From Malacoraja senta (taxonomy: Eukaryota), in the NCBI GenBank assembly GCA_038087875.1, contig CM076001.1, positions 2,296,001 through 2,345,381 of the forward strand: a stretch of 49,381 nt of DNA. The letters run 5' to 3'. The notes beneath the pieces are model-generated. The model worked only from the letters and a program-made list of their open reading frames with translations. It ran no database searches and had not been told where the DNA came from. Below are positions 36,501 to 49,381 of the stretch, piece by piece. The translations under genes were made by a program, and so were the position numbers. Positions within the stretch are counted from its first letter, which is position 1, and each line of letters starts with the position of its first letter.

Positions 36501-37254
36501 TAGAGTACGGAAATCGCTGGTCAACGTGAAATTGGTGGGCCGAAGGGCCTGTTTCTGTGCTGTATCTCTAATACTGAAAATGGGAACATCCCGATGGCCA
36601 TTTACATCCCAAACGACATTTACTGATGGCAAGGACTACGCATACCTTGTGTATTTTGTTTTGTATCTTCCCTTGTGCCTCCTTGATTTGTGGACCCGTT
36701 ATGCTAGGCCACACATTTAGTTAGAGGGATTTAGATGTGGCCCTTGTGGCTAATGGGATCAGGGGGTATGGAGAGAAAGCAGGTACAGGATACTGAGTTG
36801 GATGATCAGCCATGATCATATTGAATAGCGTTTCAGGCTCGAAGGGCAGAATGGCCTATTCCTGCACATATTTCCTTTTTTTTTTTTTTTTTGAAAATAT
36901 TTTTTATTGGAGATAAGTACACAACCTATTAACATCATTACAGTCTTACATTTTTAAAATGATAATATTATCAATTATTATTACATTGTCTCCAATAACT
37001 TTTACCTTTTTTAAATTTATTTTAAACTAGATAGAACTAAAAAGATAGATGAAGTAAAGAAAGAAAAGAAAGAGAAGAAAAAGAGAGAAAAATAAAAAAA
37101 TTAAAAAACACAAAAAAACACAAAAAAACAACAACAAAAAAGAGAGAAAGATAGTTAAAGAAGAGTGGAAAAATTTATTTAAATAAAAAACTTCATTCGA
37201 GATATATTCGTACATTTCAGAATATAGCATTTCATCCATTTTTTAGCCCGAGCA

Positions 37255-40200
37255 TTAGTCAGGTTCCCGTGCTGAACCATTCTGACCCTTTAAATAATCA
37301 ATAAAGGGAGACCATGTTCCAACGAATAATTCCTGTTTGTCCAACAGGGAAAATCTGACTCTTTCCACGTTTAAGGTCTCCGTCATTTCTATAATCCACA
37401 TTTTGATTGTGGGGGCCGTAGGGCCTTTCCAAAATTTTAGAATTAATTTTTTCCCTGTTATTATACTATAATCAATAAAGTTTCTTCGTGTTGTTGTAAA
37501 TGTTTGATTTAATTCTGATGTTCCAAGTATTATAAATTTTGGATCCGGGTCCACTTGTGTGCTGGTCACTTTAGATATTATACTAAAAATATTTACCCCG
37601 AATTTTTTAATTTTTGTACAGTTTGCAAACATATGAGATAAGGTGGCTACTAAATGTTGACATTTATCACATATAGGTGAGATATGTTGAAAGATTTTAT
37701 GTAATTTTATTTTTGAATAATGTAATCTATGTATTACTTTAAATTGTATTAAAGAATGTCTGGCATTTAATGAACATTGATGTATATGTTGTAAACTTTC
37801 TTCCCAAGTATCTTTCGTTATTATTTGATTTAATTCTTTTCCCCATGTTTGTCTGTGTAAGTCCGTCGATGGAATGTCACTGTCTAATAAGATATTATAT
37901 ATATAAGATATTAATTTTTCTGTATTAGGATGTTTATTCCAACATTCGTCAAGAATTTCTGAATTTCTAATTCGAAAGTTTTGGGTATTCGATTTTACAT
38001 AATCTCTGAGTTGAAGATATCTGAAATAATCATTTCCTCGAAGTCCATAACTCTGTTGCAACTCATGAAATGTCAGAAAGGTGCCTTCCTTATAAAGTTG
38101 TCCCATATTTTTAATTCCATAATTCCTCCATTGTGTAAAACCCCTGTCCAACCACGAGGGTTTAAACAAAGGGTTATCCACAATTGGGAGAAAAAGTGAT
38201 AAATTATCTAATTTTAATGTCTTTTTTAATTGTTTCCAAATTCGTATGGCACTAAATATTATAGGGTTTTCCCTATAATTTTTTTTGTTTAATTTAGATG
38301 TAGCAAATAATATCGAACCGATGTCAAAAGGCAAACAATCTTCCTTTTCCATTTTTAACCAATCTGGTTGTTGTTCTATTTCTTCCAACCAGAAATTCAT
38401 ATTTTTAATATTAACTGCCAAAAAAATAAAACAGAAAGTTGGGTAAAACCAAACCTCCATTTATTTTTGATTTACACAAATGTCTTTTGTTTATCCTATG
38501 ATTCTTATAATCCCAGATAAAATCATTAACAATAGAGTCCAATTTTTTTTTAAAGTTTTTTGACAAATATATCGGAATTGTCTGAAAAAGGTATAATATT
38601 TGCGGTAAAAAAATCATTTTTATGGCATTAATTTTGCCAATCATTGAGATAGGAAGTGTTTTCCAGTATTGAATATTCTTATGTAGTTTATTCAGTAGTG
38701 GGGGGAAATTTGCTTTAAATAATGATGTATATATCTTAGTTACATAGATACCTAGGTATTTAAATTTTTCTTTTACTATTTTAAATGGAAATTGTTGTAT
38801 TATGTGTTTGTTATTTTCCCTTATTGGCATAATTTCACTTTTATACCAATTTATTCTGTATCCTGAGTGTGAACCAAATTGGGTTATTAGCTCTAATAAG
38901 TTTGGAATACTAATTTCTGGTTTTGTAATGTAAATTAGTACATCATCTGCGTATAGAGAAATTTTATTCACTGTGTCCTTTGTGATATACCCATATATTT
39001 CCGGATGACCTCTAACTCTTTCTGCAAGTGGCTCAATAGCTAAAGCAAATAATAATGGAGATAACGGGTATCCTTGTCTACAACCTCTAGATAGGCTGAA
39101 TTTTTATGACAACCTTTGATTTGTTAATATTCTAGCCGTAGGATTTGTATATAACAGTTTTATCCATGTACAGAATTTCTCCCCTAGTTGCATATTTTCC
39201 ATCACTGAAAATAAATAAGACCATTCAACCTGATCAAATGCTTTTTCAGCATCGAGTGAGATTATTGCTAGATCTTCATTAATAATTCTCTTAGAATAAA
39301 TAATATTGAATAATCTTCTTAGATTATAATATGAGTACCGTTTCTGAATAAAGCCTGTTTGGTCAGGGTGTATTATTTTATTCATCACTGTACTTAATCT
39401 ATGCGCTAGTATTTTAGTTAATATTTTCTGATCTGTATTTAAAAGTGCAATTGCTCTATATGATCCCGGATCTTCCGGATCTTTATCAGCTTTAGGAATA
39501 AGTGTTATTATAGATTCATTTAAAGTATCTGGGAGTTTCTGTTGAGAATAGATATGCTCATACAGCCTTTGTAAACGTGGGCATAGCAAGTCATAATTTT
39601 TTTTATAAAATTCAGAGCCTAAACCATCTGGTCCTACTGCTTTACCATTTTTTAAAGAGCCAATAGACTCCTCAATATCCTTTATCGTAATCTCCCTTTC
39701 TAATAATTCTCTATCATTTGAATCTAAACCTTTTAGATTACATTTTAGTAAAAAATCTGCTATTCCTTCCGTTTGTGTTACAGTTTTAGTTGAATAAAGC
39801 TTATGATAGTATTGGAGAAATCTTTCATTTATGTCCTTGGGCATTTTTAATAATTCTCCTGTCTCTGTTCTAATTTTATGAATTATTTTTTCCCGTTCCA
39901 TTTTTCGTAACTGACCTGCTAATAGTTTTTGTGGTTTGTCTCCAAATTCAAAATGTAATTGTTTGGTTTTTTGATAAAGTTTTATTACTTGTTCTGAATA
40001 CATTTTATTTAATTTATATTTCAATACAGCAATTTTATTATGTTTTGAAATAGATGGCGTTCTCGCATTGTCTAAATCTAGTTGTTTGATTTCCCTTTCC
40101 AATGTTTGTTGTTTAATCCTTGAGCAGAGATTAATGCACCTCGAACAAACGCTTTAAACGTTTCCCACATAAGAGAAGTAGGTGTGTCAGGGTTATCATT

Positions 40201-41049
40201 TACCTCAAAAAATATTTGAATCTGTTTAATAATGTATTCCTGGCATGATCTTTCGTTCAAGATTTGTGGGTTAAATCTCCAATATATTTGTTTCTCGGAC
40301 ATTCCATTTAATTTAATCATAAATGTTACAGGTGCGTGGTCTGAGATTATAATATTATGGTATTTTGAGTTATAAGTAAAAGGGATAAACGTGGAGTCAA
40401 CTAAAAAATAATCTATTCTTGAGTATGTTTTGTGTACTGGAGAGTAAAATGAATATTCCCGTCCAGTTGGATTTTCTATTCTCCAGACATCCTTAATATT
40501 AGTGGTATTAATAAATGAATTTAGAAATACACTTGATTGAGATTTTACTTTTTTTTGCCTTGATGATCTATCTAAGTATGAATCTAATGTACAGTTGAAG
40601 TCTCCTCCAATTATTAATTTATATTGTGTAAATTCAGGAATTTTATTAAATGTTTTATTAAAGAACATAGGGTTATCAAAGTTAGGCCCATATACATTCA
40701 GAAGAATCACTTTTTCTCCATTTAGCTCTCCAACTAATATAATATATCTACCATCAATATCCGCTATTGTTGATAAATTCGTAAAAGGTATTCCTTTACG
40801 AATTAATATTGAAACTCCTCTGGACTTATGGGAAAAGGAGGAATGATATGATTCAGCGATCCACTTAGCTTTAAGTCTGTGTTGGGATTCCTTTTTAAGG
40901 TGTGTTTCTTGAAGGAATATAATATCTGCTTTGATTAAATTTAGAAGTGCCAAGACTTTACCTCTCTTAATTGGTTCATTGATTCCCTTGACATTCCAAC
41001 TACAAAATGTTATTCCCTGACCCCCTCTTGTCATATTAACATCTTGCAT
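37255..41049 (-). pseudogene. L1 ORF2 (endonuclease, RT, Cys-rich C-terminus) with three lesions
   Basis: SWNVKG, LQETH, GDFN, YSRID, SDH; LDAEKAFD, RGCRQG, LYADD; frameshift near 40100, in-frame TAA at 39104-39106, frameshift in a T-run near 38420. Confidence 0.93.
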
Positions 41050-41429
41050 ATTATTTCTAAGGTGGTCTATAACCGAGCAGAAGGTGCAACACATAAAACC
41101 TGACCTTGCTCCTGAACCTCAAATAGATGAATTTAAAATCATATACATCGTTCTTCCGAACACATCTCCTTGTATTATTCTTGTTTTTCCATTCAAAAAT
41201 TAAGTTATAAAAATATTTAAAGTGAAAAAAGTGATAGAATTGGTTAGTATAGGGTGAAAGAAAAAAAACTACATCTACAATTAGTGTAGTTAGTGATAGC
41301 CACACTAACGTGGCTAGAATTCTAAAGACTTCCGTAGCCTTTGTAAAAAAAAAATTCCCAGCTCCGTGCCGAAAAAAAAAAAAAAGGATTATTTCTAATA
41401 ATCAAATAATTTCTTTGGGAGTAACAAAC

Positions 41430-41477
41430 ATATATACATACCCACATATACGCACACATATACATACATACATACAC

Positions 41478-41508
<31 letters not shown>

Positions 41509-41528
41509 CCCACATGTATATATACACA
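41430..41528. repeat. (TA)n/(CATA)n compound microsatellite in the L1 inter-ORF spacer
   Basis: Seen directly. Confidence 0.85.
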
Positions 41529-41976
41529 AGCACGCATCCCTGCAGAAAAGTCCAAGAACAGCATAAATTCATAATGTTGTTATACTCTACATATCATATT
41601 AATATCCTCGCTAAATCTATAAATTTAATTTTAAATTGAGAAATAATTAGTTATTAATCATTGTTATCAATCATACCCAGTATTAAATTTTTATGAGTAA
41701 TATAAATGTTAATAATTTTAGTAGTAATATAGATATTTAATAGGTATTAGTTATTACATATATAGTTAGATATGAATATACAGATAATAATAGTGATTAA
41801 TAAAAATATTAAAAAAATTAATAAAAAATAAAAATAAAAAAACACCACGGTTTTCTCCAATGTCCACCGTCCATTCGGTTTTCAAGTGTCCTTAAAGCTC
41901 TTAAAAGAACTTTAAAGATCCTTTTAGATCTGGCGGTCCCGTTAATCCTTCACTCCTGAAGGATAATGTAAATACT

Positions 41977-43026
41977 TCAGTCTGCGGTCACGTTCCCAAT
42001 TTCTTTGGCGAATTCCAGTGCTTTTTCATGGTCTGTAAAAAATTGTTCCTTGTTCTTGTAGGTGACTCTTAGTCTTGCGGGGTAGAGCAGGCCGTATCTC
42101 AAATCAGGTACATTCTTCAGTATTCTTTTTGTCTCAGTGAACAGCGCCCTTTTCTTGAAGACCTCTGCCGGATAATCTCGGTAGATACTGAACCTCACAC
42201 CTTCAAAATGGAGCTGTCCGCCTCGGACAATATTCTTCATTATTTCATCAAATTCATGATCCAGTTGCACCTTTACGATAATTTGTCTTGGATGGGCATC
42301 ATCTTGTGTACGACGCCGCTGCGCTCTATGAGCTCACCCGAGTAAAGATTTTTGATCCAAATTTAAGACTTTTTGTAGTAGGTCTGCCACAAAATCTCGA
42401 GGGCCCATTTCCCTCTCACTTCCTTCTTTCACCCCTACAATTCTTAGATTCTTACGTCTTTGACGCCCCTCCAAATCGGTACATTTATCACTTAATTTGA
42501 TCACCATATCGGTGAGGCGTTGGTTTTCAGTAATGCGTCGACCTACAGTTTCCCCACCTGTCGCCGCCCATTTCTCAAGTTCGGTTATCGCTGTTCTATG
42601 TTGTTCGAGTTCTTGATGAATGGGGGCCACCTCCATTTTAACGCTCGCTTCCACCGAAACGAGCCTTGCTTCCAGCTCTTCCATCTGTTCCTCGACCTCC
42701 TCCTCCCTCGACCTCTTCCAGACTTCCAGTATTTCTTGAACGGTAGAAAGCATTTCTGCTTTAAAATCTACCTTAAAAGAGTTAAGTTCCTCTTTAAAAT
42801 CCTCTTTAAAATTCACTCCAAAGGTTTTCAATTCTGCAGCGAGAAAAGCTTTAAGATCATCCATTTCAGTCTTTTTCTGCTTTGTTTTCTTCGGAGGGTC
42901 TTCCTGGGCAGTCATTGTACCTGAGGCCGAGGCCTCAGTTGGGCCTTCCTCTTCCATCGGTTGGGGTTTCCCTTTAGGCGGTTTTTTTTGTGTCCCACGG
43001 GAGAGGGGGGAACGTAGTGTCGACAT
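41977..43026 (-). pseudogene. L1 ORF1 (coiled coil, RRM, CTD) with one in-frame stop
   Basis: LEGRQRRKNLRIVGVKEG, IYRDY, LLYPARLRV; TGA at 42334-42336 in G*AHR, probably CGA>TGA in the RAHR motif; the two track ORFs are in frame (63 nt apart). Confidence 0.9.
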
Positions 43027-43048
43027 ACCGTCCAAGTCGCGCTCCTGA

Positions 43049-43179
43049 TGACGTCACGCAGCAGGCAGCCGTTCAGATCGCGATCGCTGCAGGTAAGAAC
43101 CGATTTTCTCCCGTTTTAATTTTCTTCGGCACGGAGCTAGTTGGCGCTGGACTCAAGCCTCCATAGCGCCACCGGAAGT
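43049..43179 (-). promoter_or_regulatory. Probable L1 internal promoter: ETS-type CCGGAAGT (43172-43179) and perfect CRE TGACGTCA (43049-43056)
   Basis: Motifs in the CpG-rich 5'UTR; function inferred. Confidence 0.5.
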
Positions 43180-44418
43180 CAGTCCTGCACATATTTTCTA
43201 TGTTTCTATGTTTCTATGTTTAACCCGACCGCTTCGATTTTGTAGACAGACACCTGAGACAGTATATAATTTAAACACATCTTTAGTCAGCATCAGACCC
43301 AACCATCCCCTCCCTCCACTGGAGGATTAGGCAGAGAGGCTGAAGGTGAAAATCGCACGGGAAAGGTTTGTGGTGACCGAGAGGGGAAACATGCTGTATG
43401 TGTAACCCCGTGGTTAGTGGAGACCGAGGGACGTGGGAGGGGGCGTGCAAGGCATGCGGCCACGGGCGTGAGACATTGCGAAAGGCGGCTGGAACTGGAG
43501 CGGCGGAGCATATGGATCAGCAGGCGGTGGTCGGGGCTCCTTCACAGCAAGCAGGTGTTGTCGACTTCTCCGGTATACCGCTCCCTCACAGTCCACAAGG
43601 TACGATCGCGGCTCATCACTCGGGCGCACAACAGTGCCCAGACGAGAATATCCAGTTGAAGTTCATAGACGGACGACCTGGCCCGGCAGTAGAGACTGGA
43701 GTGGTCTGCTGGATCTGTCGTATGACAGTTTCTTTGCATCTCGGACAGAAAATAGGGTGACCGTTCCGATCTTTGCCGCAACATTCTCTACTGTCTTCGT
43801 GGGATGGTGTGGGCGCTTAATGGCAGTGTTCAGTTCTTTGGGATTAATGCCACTTCTGACACCATGTAGACAGACACCTGAGAGTATATGATTTAAACAC
43901 ATATATGATCAGCACTGTAACTTGGCAGCATTTAAAGACAATGTGTAGTCAGTTCATCCTAGCTGCTCAGACTGACGGTGCTGGGAATAGGCCTTAGTAT
44001 AAGTGTTATAGTGGGGTGGAGTTAGTGATGCTGGCTAAGTGTGATTGGTTCACATGCATCATCAATCTACAGATTTGCAATTCTCTGTTGAAGGACATGA
44101 AAACATTAAAAAATAAACGTTGTTACCAATAACGAATGTCACGCACAACGCAATGCGATCAAGATGTCGCATGTTTGTTCTGCTCAACAGCTGGGCATGG
44201 TATGACAGAGTTCTGAGGGACAACAGATAGAGAGCGTGCAGAACGTGGCTGCGTGGTTTGAATTAATTCCAGCAGAACTCTAATCTTTGCTTATTGAGTT
44301 ATAAACTACGGAGGCAAGCCCTTACCCTTACTTTGCACACGCTTAACAAAGTTTGCAGACAGAGCCAATCGACGCGCATGGACATGCCATCCTATGTCTC
44401 GACCACTCGTCTTCAGAT

Positions 44419-45275
44419 TATTATTATTATTTTATTTGTCATTTGGTCAAATTTGTCATTTGGACCCCGTTGAGGTCCAAACGAAATATCGTTTCTGCAG
44501 CCATACATTACAAAACGAAGAAGTCCCGAGACACAACACAATTTACACATACATCCATCACAGCGCTGTGATGGAAGGCAAAAAAACGTATCTCTCCACT
44601 GCACTCCCCCCCCCCCCCCGATGTCAGAGTCAAAGTCAAAGCCCCCGGCGGGCGATGGTGTTTATCCCGCGGCCATTAAAGCCACGCCGGTTAATGCAAG
44701 GTCGCGCACCGGTCTTGGTGTTAGAGCCCCGGCGCGCGATCGCAAAGTACCGCGGCCACTCCAAGCCGCGCGGGGCGACGATGTTAAGCCCCGCTCCAGG
44801 TGCTCTTCAACCCCGCAACTCGGGCGGGAGAAGTCGCCGCTGCGGAAGCCCCGAAAAGCGGTCTCCCCCCAGGGACTCGCGGGCTTCCTGTGTTGCTGTC
44901 CGCCAGACCCGCGGTTGTAGCCTGCGAATCTCCGGGGGTCGGGTCGCAACAGCTCCACCCGCTCCGGACTCGGCCAGCCCCGTCACGGTGAGTAGTCCGC
45001 AGCTCCGCAACTGGAGCCCCAGGTCGTTCCTGGTGGAGGCCGCTCCACGTTGCCCAGCCCCAACGACAACGGAGACCCGACAAAGAAAAGGTCGGGTCTC
45101 CCGTGCAGGGGAAAGATTTTAAAGTTCTCCCCCCCCCACCCCCACCCACAACCCCCCCCCCCCCCACACACATATACCCCGACAAAAAAAATAAAAACTA
45201 CATAAAAACGAGACAAAAATAATAAAAAGACAGACGGACTGCAGAGGCCGCTGCTGACGAGAGTCGCGCCGCCCA
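44419..45275 (-). mobile_element. 857-bp GC-rich non-autonomous retroelement with a 3' stem-loop and (TAA)n tail
   Basis: 5-bp TSD cagat at 44414-44418 and 45276-45280; empty site at 16917-16921; minus-strand 3' end atttcgtttggacc-tcaacgg-ggtccaaatgacaaat...aataataataa. Confidence 0.85.
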
Positions 45276-48200
45276 CAGATGTGTGCTTGCTTTAGACCAT
45301 TCAACCTGTAAGTTCGCATTTAGTCCGGTGAGCTGATAATGTGCAGAAAATATAAGCAGTGGTTGACACTATGGGACACGAACATGTGTGTACGACGATG
45401 GTGAGTTCTATAATGAAAGGAGTATACACGTTTTCAGCTAAGATGGAGTCGTCTACTAACAGGACCACATGGCAAGCAAGCAGGTTCGCTTCTAGATGCT
45501 TGGAAACATATTCGGGCTCACTTACAATTGCCACGAAATCACGTGGCCTCTGAATCACGGCAACAAGGACACCTAGCATGGAGAAAAGGTAAACGTCTCT
45601 ATTTCAGAGACATTTGAGGCTAGCTCGGTGGATGATATTAATAAATAACATGCATTTTCAGCACTAAGAAGAATGACTAGTTCCAAAATCATAGCCAGCT
45701 ATTATCTGTTGGTTACGGCAGAAGAATGGCATTCTTGGTATATAAATCAATGCTATAAGTGAAGTCACCAGACTTCACATCTGGTCGCGATTACTGAAAA
45801 GCGCCAGAACCACAGAGGTGAAAATATCCCTGTTGCTCGATGGATTTCCCGATAATGTTTTGGAGGTGAAAGGAGTGTAAGGTTCGACTTTTATTTACAG
45901 GTTTGCAGCATTAAATGTGTAACATAGTGTGAATTTTCTCCGGCGATGTTATTTGACCCAATAATGTCTACATAACGTTATGTATCTTTTTTTAAAGTAG
46001 CGTATGCAGTCCCTTCTTTCTGCACTTGGAATATCATTCTCGAATACAGTTATGTCAATACTTCAGGAAGGATGATGTTAACTACGAGTGCGTGCAGAAA
46101 ATATTTACTGGGATGTTGCCGGGACCCGAAGGATTCCATTCAGAACGAAACTGGATTGATCTGAGAACTTCACCCCTTCACTGTACGGGTTCGTGAGGTG
46201 ACCTTTCATGGTTTATAGTATCACGAGTAGAATAGATAAAGAGTTTCATATTTGGCACGGTTCTCCAAGCGAGTGCATAAGCCGAAGGAGGGAGGAGAAA
46301 CATTCAAACACGTCGTGAAGCGCATTTGTTCCCTCACGGTGGATATTTAATGTAGAGATAACACGCGGATGCTGGCCCTTCGCCTAATCGAGTCCGCACC
46401 CACCAGTGATCACTTAAAACTGCCCTAGTGACAATGTTTACATTTACACCAAGCCAATTAACCTGTAACCTACATACTCTACTTTTTTGGGGTGTTGGGT
46501 GAAATCGAAGATCTCGAAGAAAACACACGCAGGTCACGAGTAGAATGGACAAACACAGTACAGACAAGTAGCCTTAGTTAGGATCGAACCCGTGTCTCTG
46601 GCGTTCCAAGGCAGTAGCTTTACCACTACGCCACGGTGCCGATATGTGTAAGGAAGTGGTCGTAGTCGGCAACGTTACAACACTTAAGATGCATTTGGGC
46701 TAATTAATGGTTAGAAAAGATTTAGAACATGCGCCAAGTACAGCCATATGGGACCATTTTAGAAAAGCGCCTTCATTGAAATGGTCAGATTGGCGCTTTG
46801 GCGTATCACTATCGTCCATTGTCCGCCAATGGGACATTTGGGATGTCGGTGTCCAGGGAGACCGTTCCATCGGACTGCTTGAACGAAGGTCACGAGGTTT
46901 ATTTACCGCTTCCTTTCTGAGAGTGTGATATCCACTGGAATCCAACATAAAAAATATTGTTTGCAGTTTGGACCGAGGGGCCGTGGGTGGGTCGACGGAG
47001 GTGGAAAGAGCGAGAGAAAGAGAGAGGAGCCGAACGTACAGCAGGATGTGGGGGCCAATAAATCAGAATGAGCTGTGAACCACCGTGAAATTTCCTTTGA
47101 GCGCAAACCAGCAGCCCCAGCGAATTCCTCAAATTGAACAACATGTACATCGCTGTCAACTAAATATCAGGACCCAAGACCCAAATGACAGGATGTGGTT
47201 GCCGTATGGTGTAATCGGGATACTAGAGTCTGGAGCGAAGAGGATTTGGGGAGAGAGTACCCAACTCAAATTTGAAGCTATACAAATCTCAGCCGTCATC
47301 GGCGGAGAAAATAAATTTTGGGGATTTCACATCTTTTCCTTGCCCTCCCTGCAGGAGGAATTAAAGCCGGCTCTGAGCAATCCCTCGAATCTCATTCTTG
47401 TTACTTACTATTGCAAATCTCTCAATTTCATCTGCCAATCAACTCCAACCGATGATACTACCTTCCACGCGGCAATGGCAGATAGATTATCGCCATCCTT
47501 CCTGGGAAGACACTGGAGCAGCCGAAGGAAATCGCCCACTATTAGCGGAATACACAGTGGCGCGGCTGGTAGAGCTGCTACCTGACAGCTCCAGATAGAC
47601 GTGTGTGATCCTGAACTCGGGTGCTGCTGGGCAATCTCCATGAGAACGCGTGTGTTAACTCCGGGTGCCCCAGTTTGAGCCCACGTCCTAAAGGCATGCG
47701 GGTTTTTAGGTTGATCAGCCCTCTGAAAATTCCCCCTCGTATGGGGAGAGTCGTGCGAAACTGAGATAACATGGAAATGGTTGTGGACGGGTAATCGGTG
47801 GCGGTGTTGACTCGACGGGACTGTTTCCGTGTAACACCCACCCGCCACACCTCATCCCAATCCCTCCCTGGTCTCTCTCCACTGTGAAACCATTCTCCCA
47901 ACATCAACTACCCTAAATCCTTTACCTGAAATATTAAATGTATGGACGTTCTCCTCGCCCGTTCATCGCCCCCAACCTCGTATGGTTCCCCATAGATTTC
48001 AATTGGCATGAATTGTGGGAATAGAGCAGGTGTAAAATCAGCTGTTGCATCTGCAGCAACAAGGAACCGAAAATGCTGGTTTACAATTACAAGAAAGATA
48101 ATGGAATGTTGGCCTTCATAACAAGAGGATTTCAGTCTGGCAGTCGTATAGGGCTCTGGTGAGACCACATCTGGAGTATTGTGTACAGATTTGGTCTCCT

Positions 48201-49229
48201 AATTTGAGGAAGGACATCCTTCTGATTGAGGCAGTGCAGCGTAGGTTCACGAGATTGATCCCTGCGATGGAGGGACTGTCATATGAGGAAAGATTGAAAA
48301 GACTAGGCTTGTATTCACTGGAGTATAGACGCATGAGGGGGGGGGGCCTTATAGAAACATATAAAATCATAATAGGACTGGATAAGCTAGATGCAGGATA
48401 AATGTCCACAATGTTGGGCGAGTCCAGAAGCAAGGGACACAGTCTTAGAATAATGGGGGAAGCCATTTAAGACTGAGGTGAGAGAAAACCTTTTCACCCA
48501 GAGAGTTGCGAATTTGTGGAATTTCCTACCACAGAGGGTAGTGGAGGCCAAGTCACTGGATAGGTTTAAGAGTGAGTTAGATACAGCTCTAGGGGCTAGT
48601 GGAATCAAGGGATATGGGGAGAAGGCAGGCACGGGTTATTGATTGCGGACGATCAGCCATGATCACAGTGAATGGCGATGCTGGCTAGAAGGGCCCAACG
48701 GCCTCCTCCTGCTTCTATTTTCTATGTTTCTATGTTTCTATTGTCCTCATTGGAAAGTGATGCACGTTGGAGAGACCATTGCTGATAACTTACTATTCCC
48801 ACTAACGCTCATCTCATGTGATTTTTTTGTTTAAAATTAAGTCTTTGGTTGATTTTGTTAGCGAATAGAGCGTACATTGTAGGAACAGCGTTATGTCCGA
48901 TACACAGAGATTGCAATGATGAAGGGAGGACTCAAGAGAGAACAGTAAATGGACGGTTGGGTAAAGGGTCGGTCCATGGGCCACGGAAGATAATGTGGGA
49001 AGTGTCTTGTTTTGCAATTGCAAACAAAAGCAAGCAGGGATTTGATTAAATCGGGGAAGTAATACCCAGAGAGCAATTTAGATATTTGCTTTCGAGCAAC
49101 ATTCCGTCTTCAATGTGAGAAAAACATCTAGTGAGTCAGCTGGAAGTATTTGAAGTGAACTCTTGTCAGCAGTTCAGAGAAGCCTCCACACACTTTGCTG
49201 AGAACTGCTCTTCCTTCTGTGCGTTCGCG

Positions 49230-49381
49230 TAATGCCAAAACGATTCTAGAATTGTGACATTCCGCCAAACGCATTTAATCTGTTTAACGCCTGATGCGAT
49301 GTCCTCTGTTAATATCACCATCCATCCATTTAAATATATATATAAATATATTTAAATAAATATAATAATAATATATACAAT
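49230..49381. repeat. Start of tandem unit 3 (runs off the window)
   Basis: Matches 1-152 with a few substitutions. Confidence 0.95.

Larger units (their letters stand above)
36877..43182 (-). mobile_element. Full-length L1 LINE (about 6.3 kb), inactivated
   Basis: 5' end GACTTCCGGTGGCG on the minus strand, ORF1, about 0.9-kb AT-rich spacer, ORF2, polyA; TSD tcctgcacatattt at 36860-36873 and 43183-43196 (17 bp with one mismatch); empty site at about 15683-15700. Confidence 0.96.
20886..49229. repeat. Tandem segmental duplication, unit 2 (28.3 kb, enlarged by three insertions)
   Basis: Colinear with unit 1 apart from insertions at 28737-33625, 36877-43182 and 44419-45275. Confidence 0.97.

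Noticed and set aside
44394..45185. 242-aa and other overlapping ORFs
   Set aside because: Stop-poor GC-rich repeat, frames cross the insertion boundary, and no domain motifs

Overview
Eukaryotic, vertebrate DNA. The repeat content (HE1/V-SINE-like SINEs, CR1, L1, Penelope-type terminal repeats) points to a cartilaginous fish, probably a skate or ray (inference). The window is a head-to-tail tandem array: unit 1 is 1-20885, unit 2 is 20886-49229, and unit 3 starts at 49230. Removing copy-specific insertions gives an ancestral unit of about 16.2 kb. Each complete unit carries one minus-strand GPR139/GPR142-like class A GPCR. The unit-2 copy is an intact two-exon gene (327 aa). The unit-1 copy is a pseudogene with a 1-nt frameshift and loss of exon 1 and the promoter. 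Comparing the units exposes six copy-specific retroelement insertions with their empty sites: a 5'-truncated L1, a truncated CR1 at the exon-1 deletion, a 100-nt hammerhead-ribozyme element, an intact full-length chimeric CR1, a full-length L1 and an 857-bp GC-rich non-autonomous element. Best leads: (1) an in-phase U_UUA_AAC -1 frameshift signal joining CR1 ORF1 to ORF2, where one copy has no AUG before the endonuclease; (2) a minimal mobile hammerhead ribozyme with a 15-bp TSD; (3) a birth-and-death GPR139-like receptor array whose differences cluster in extracellular loops. All comparisons were made by eye and no database searches were run.
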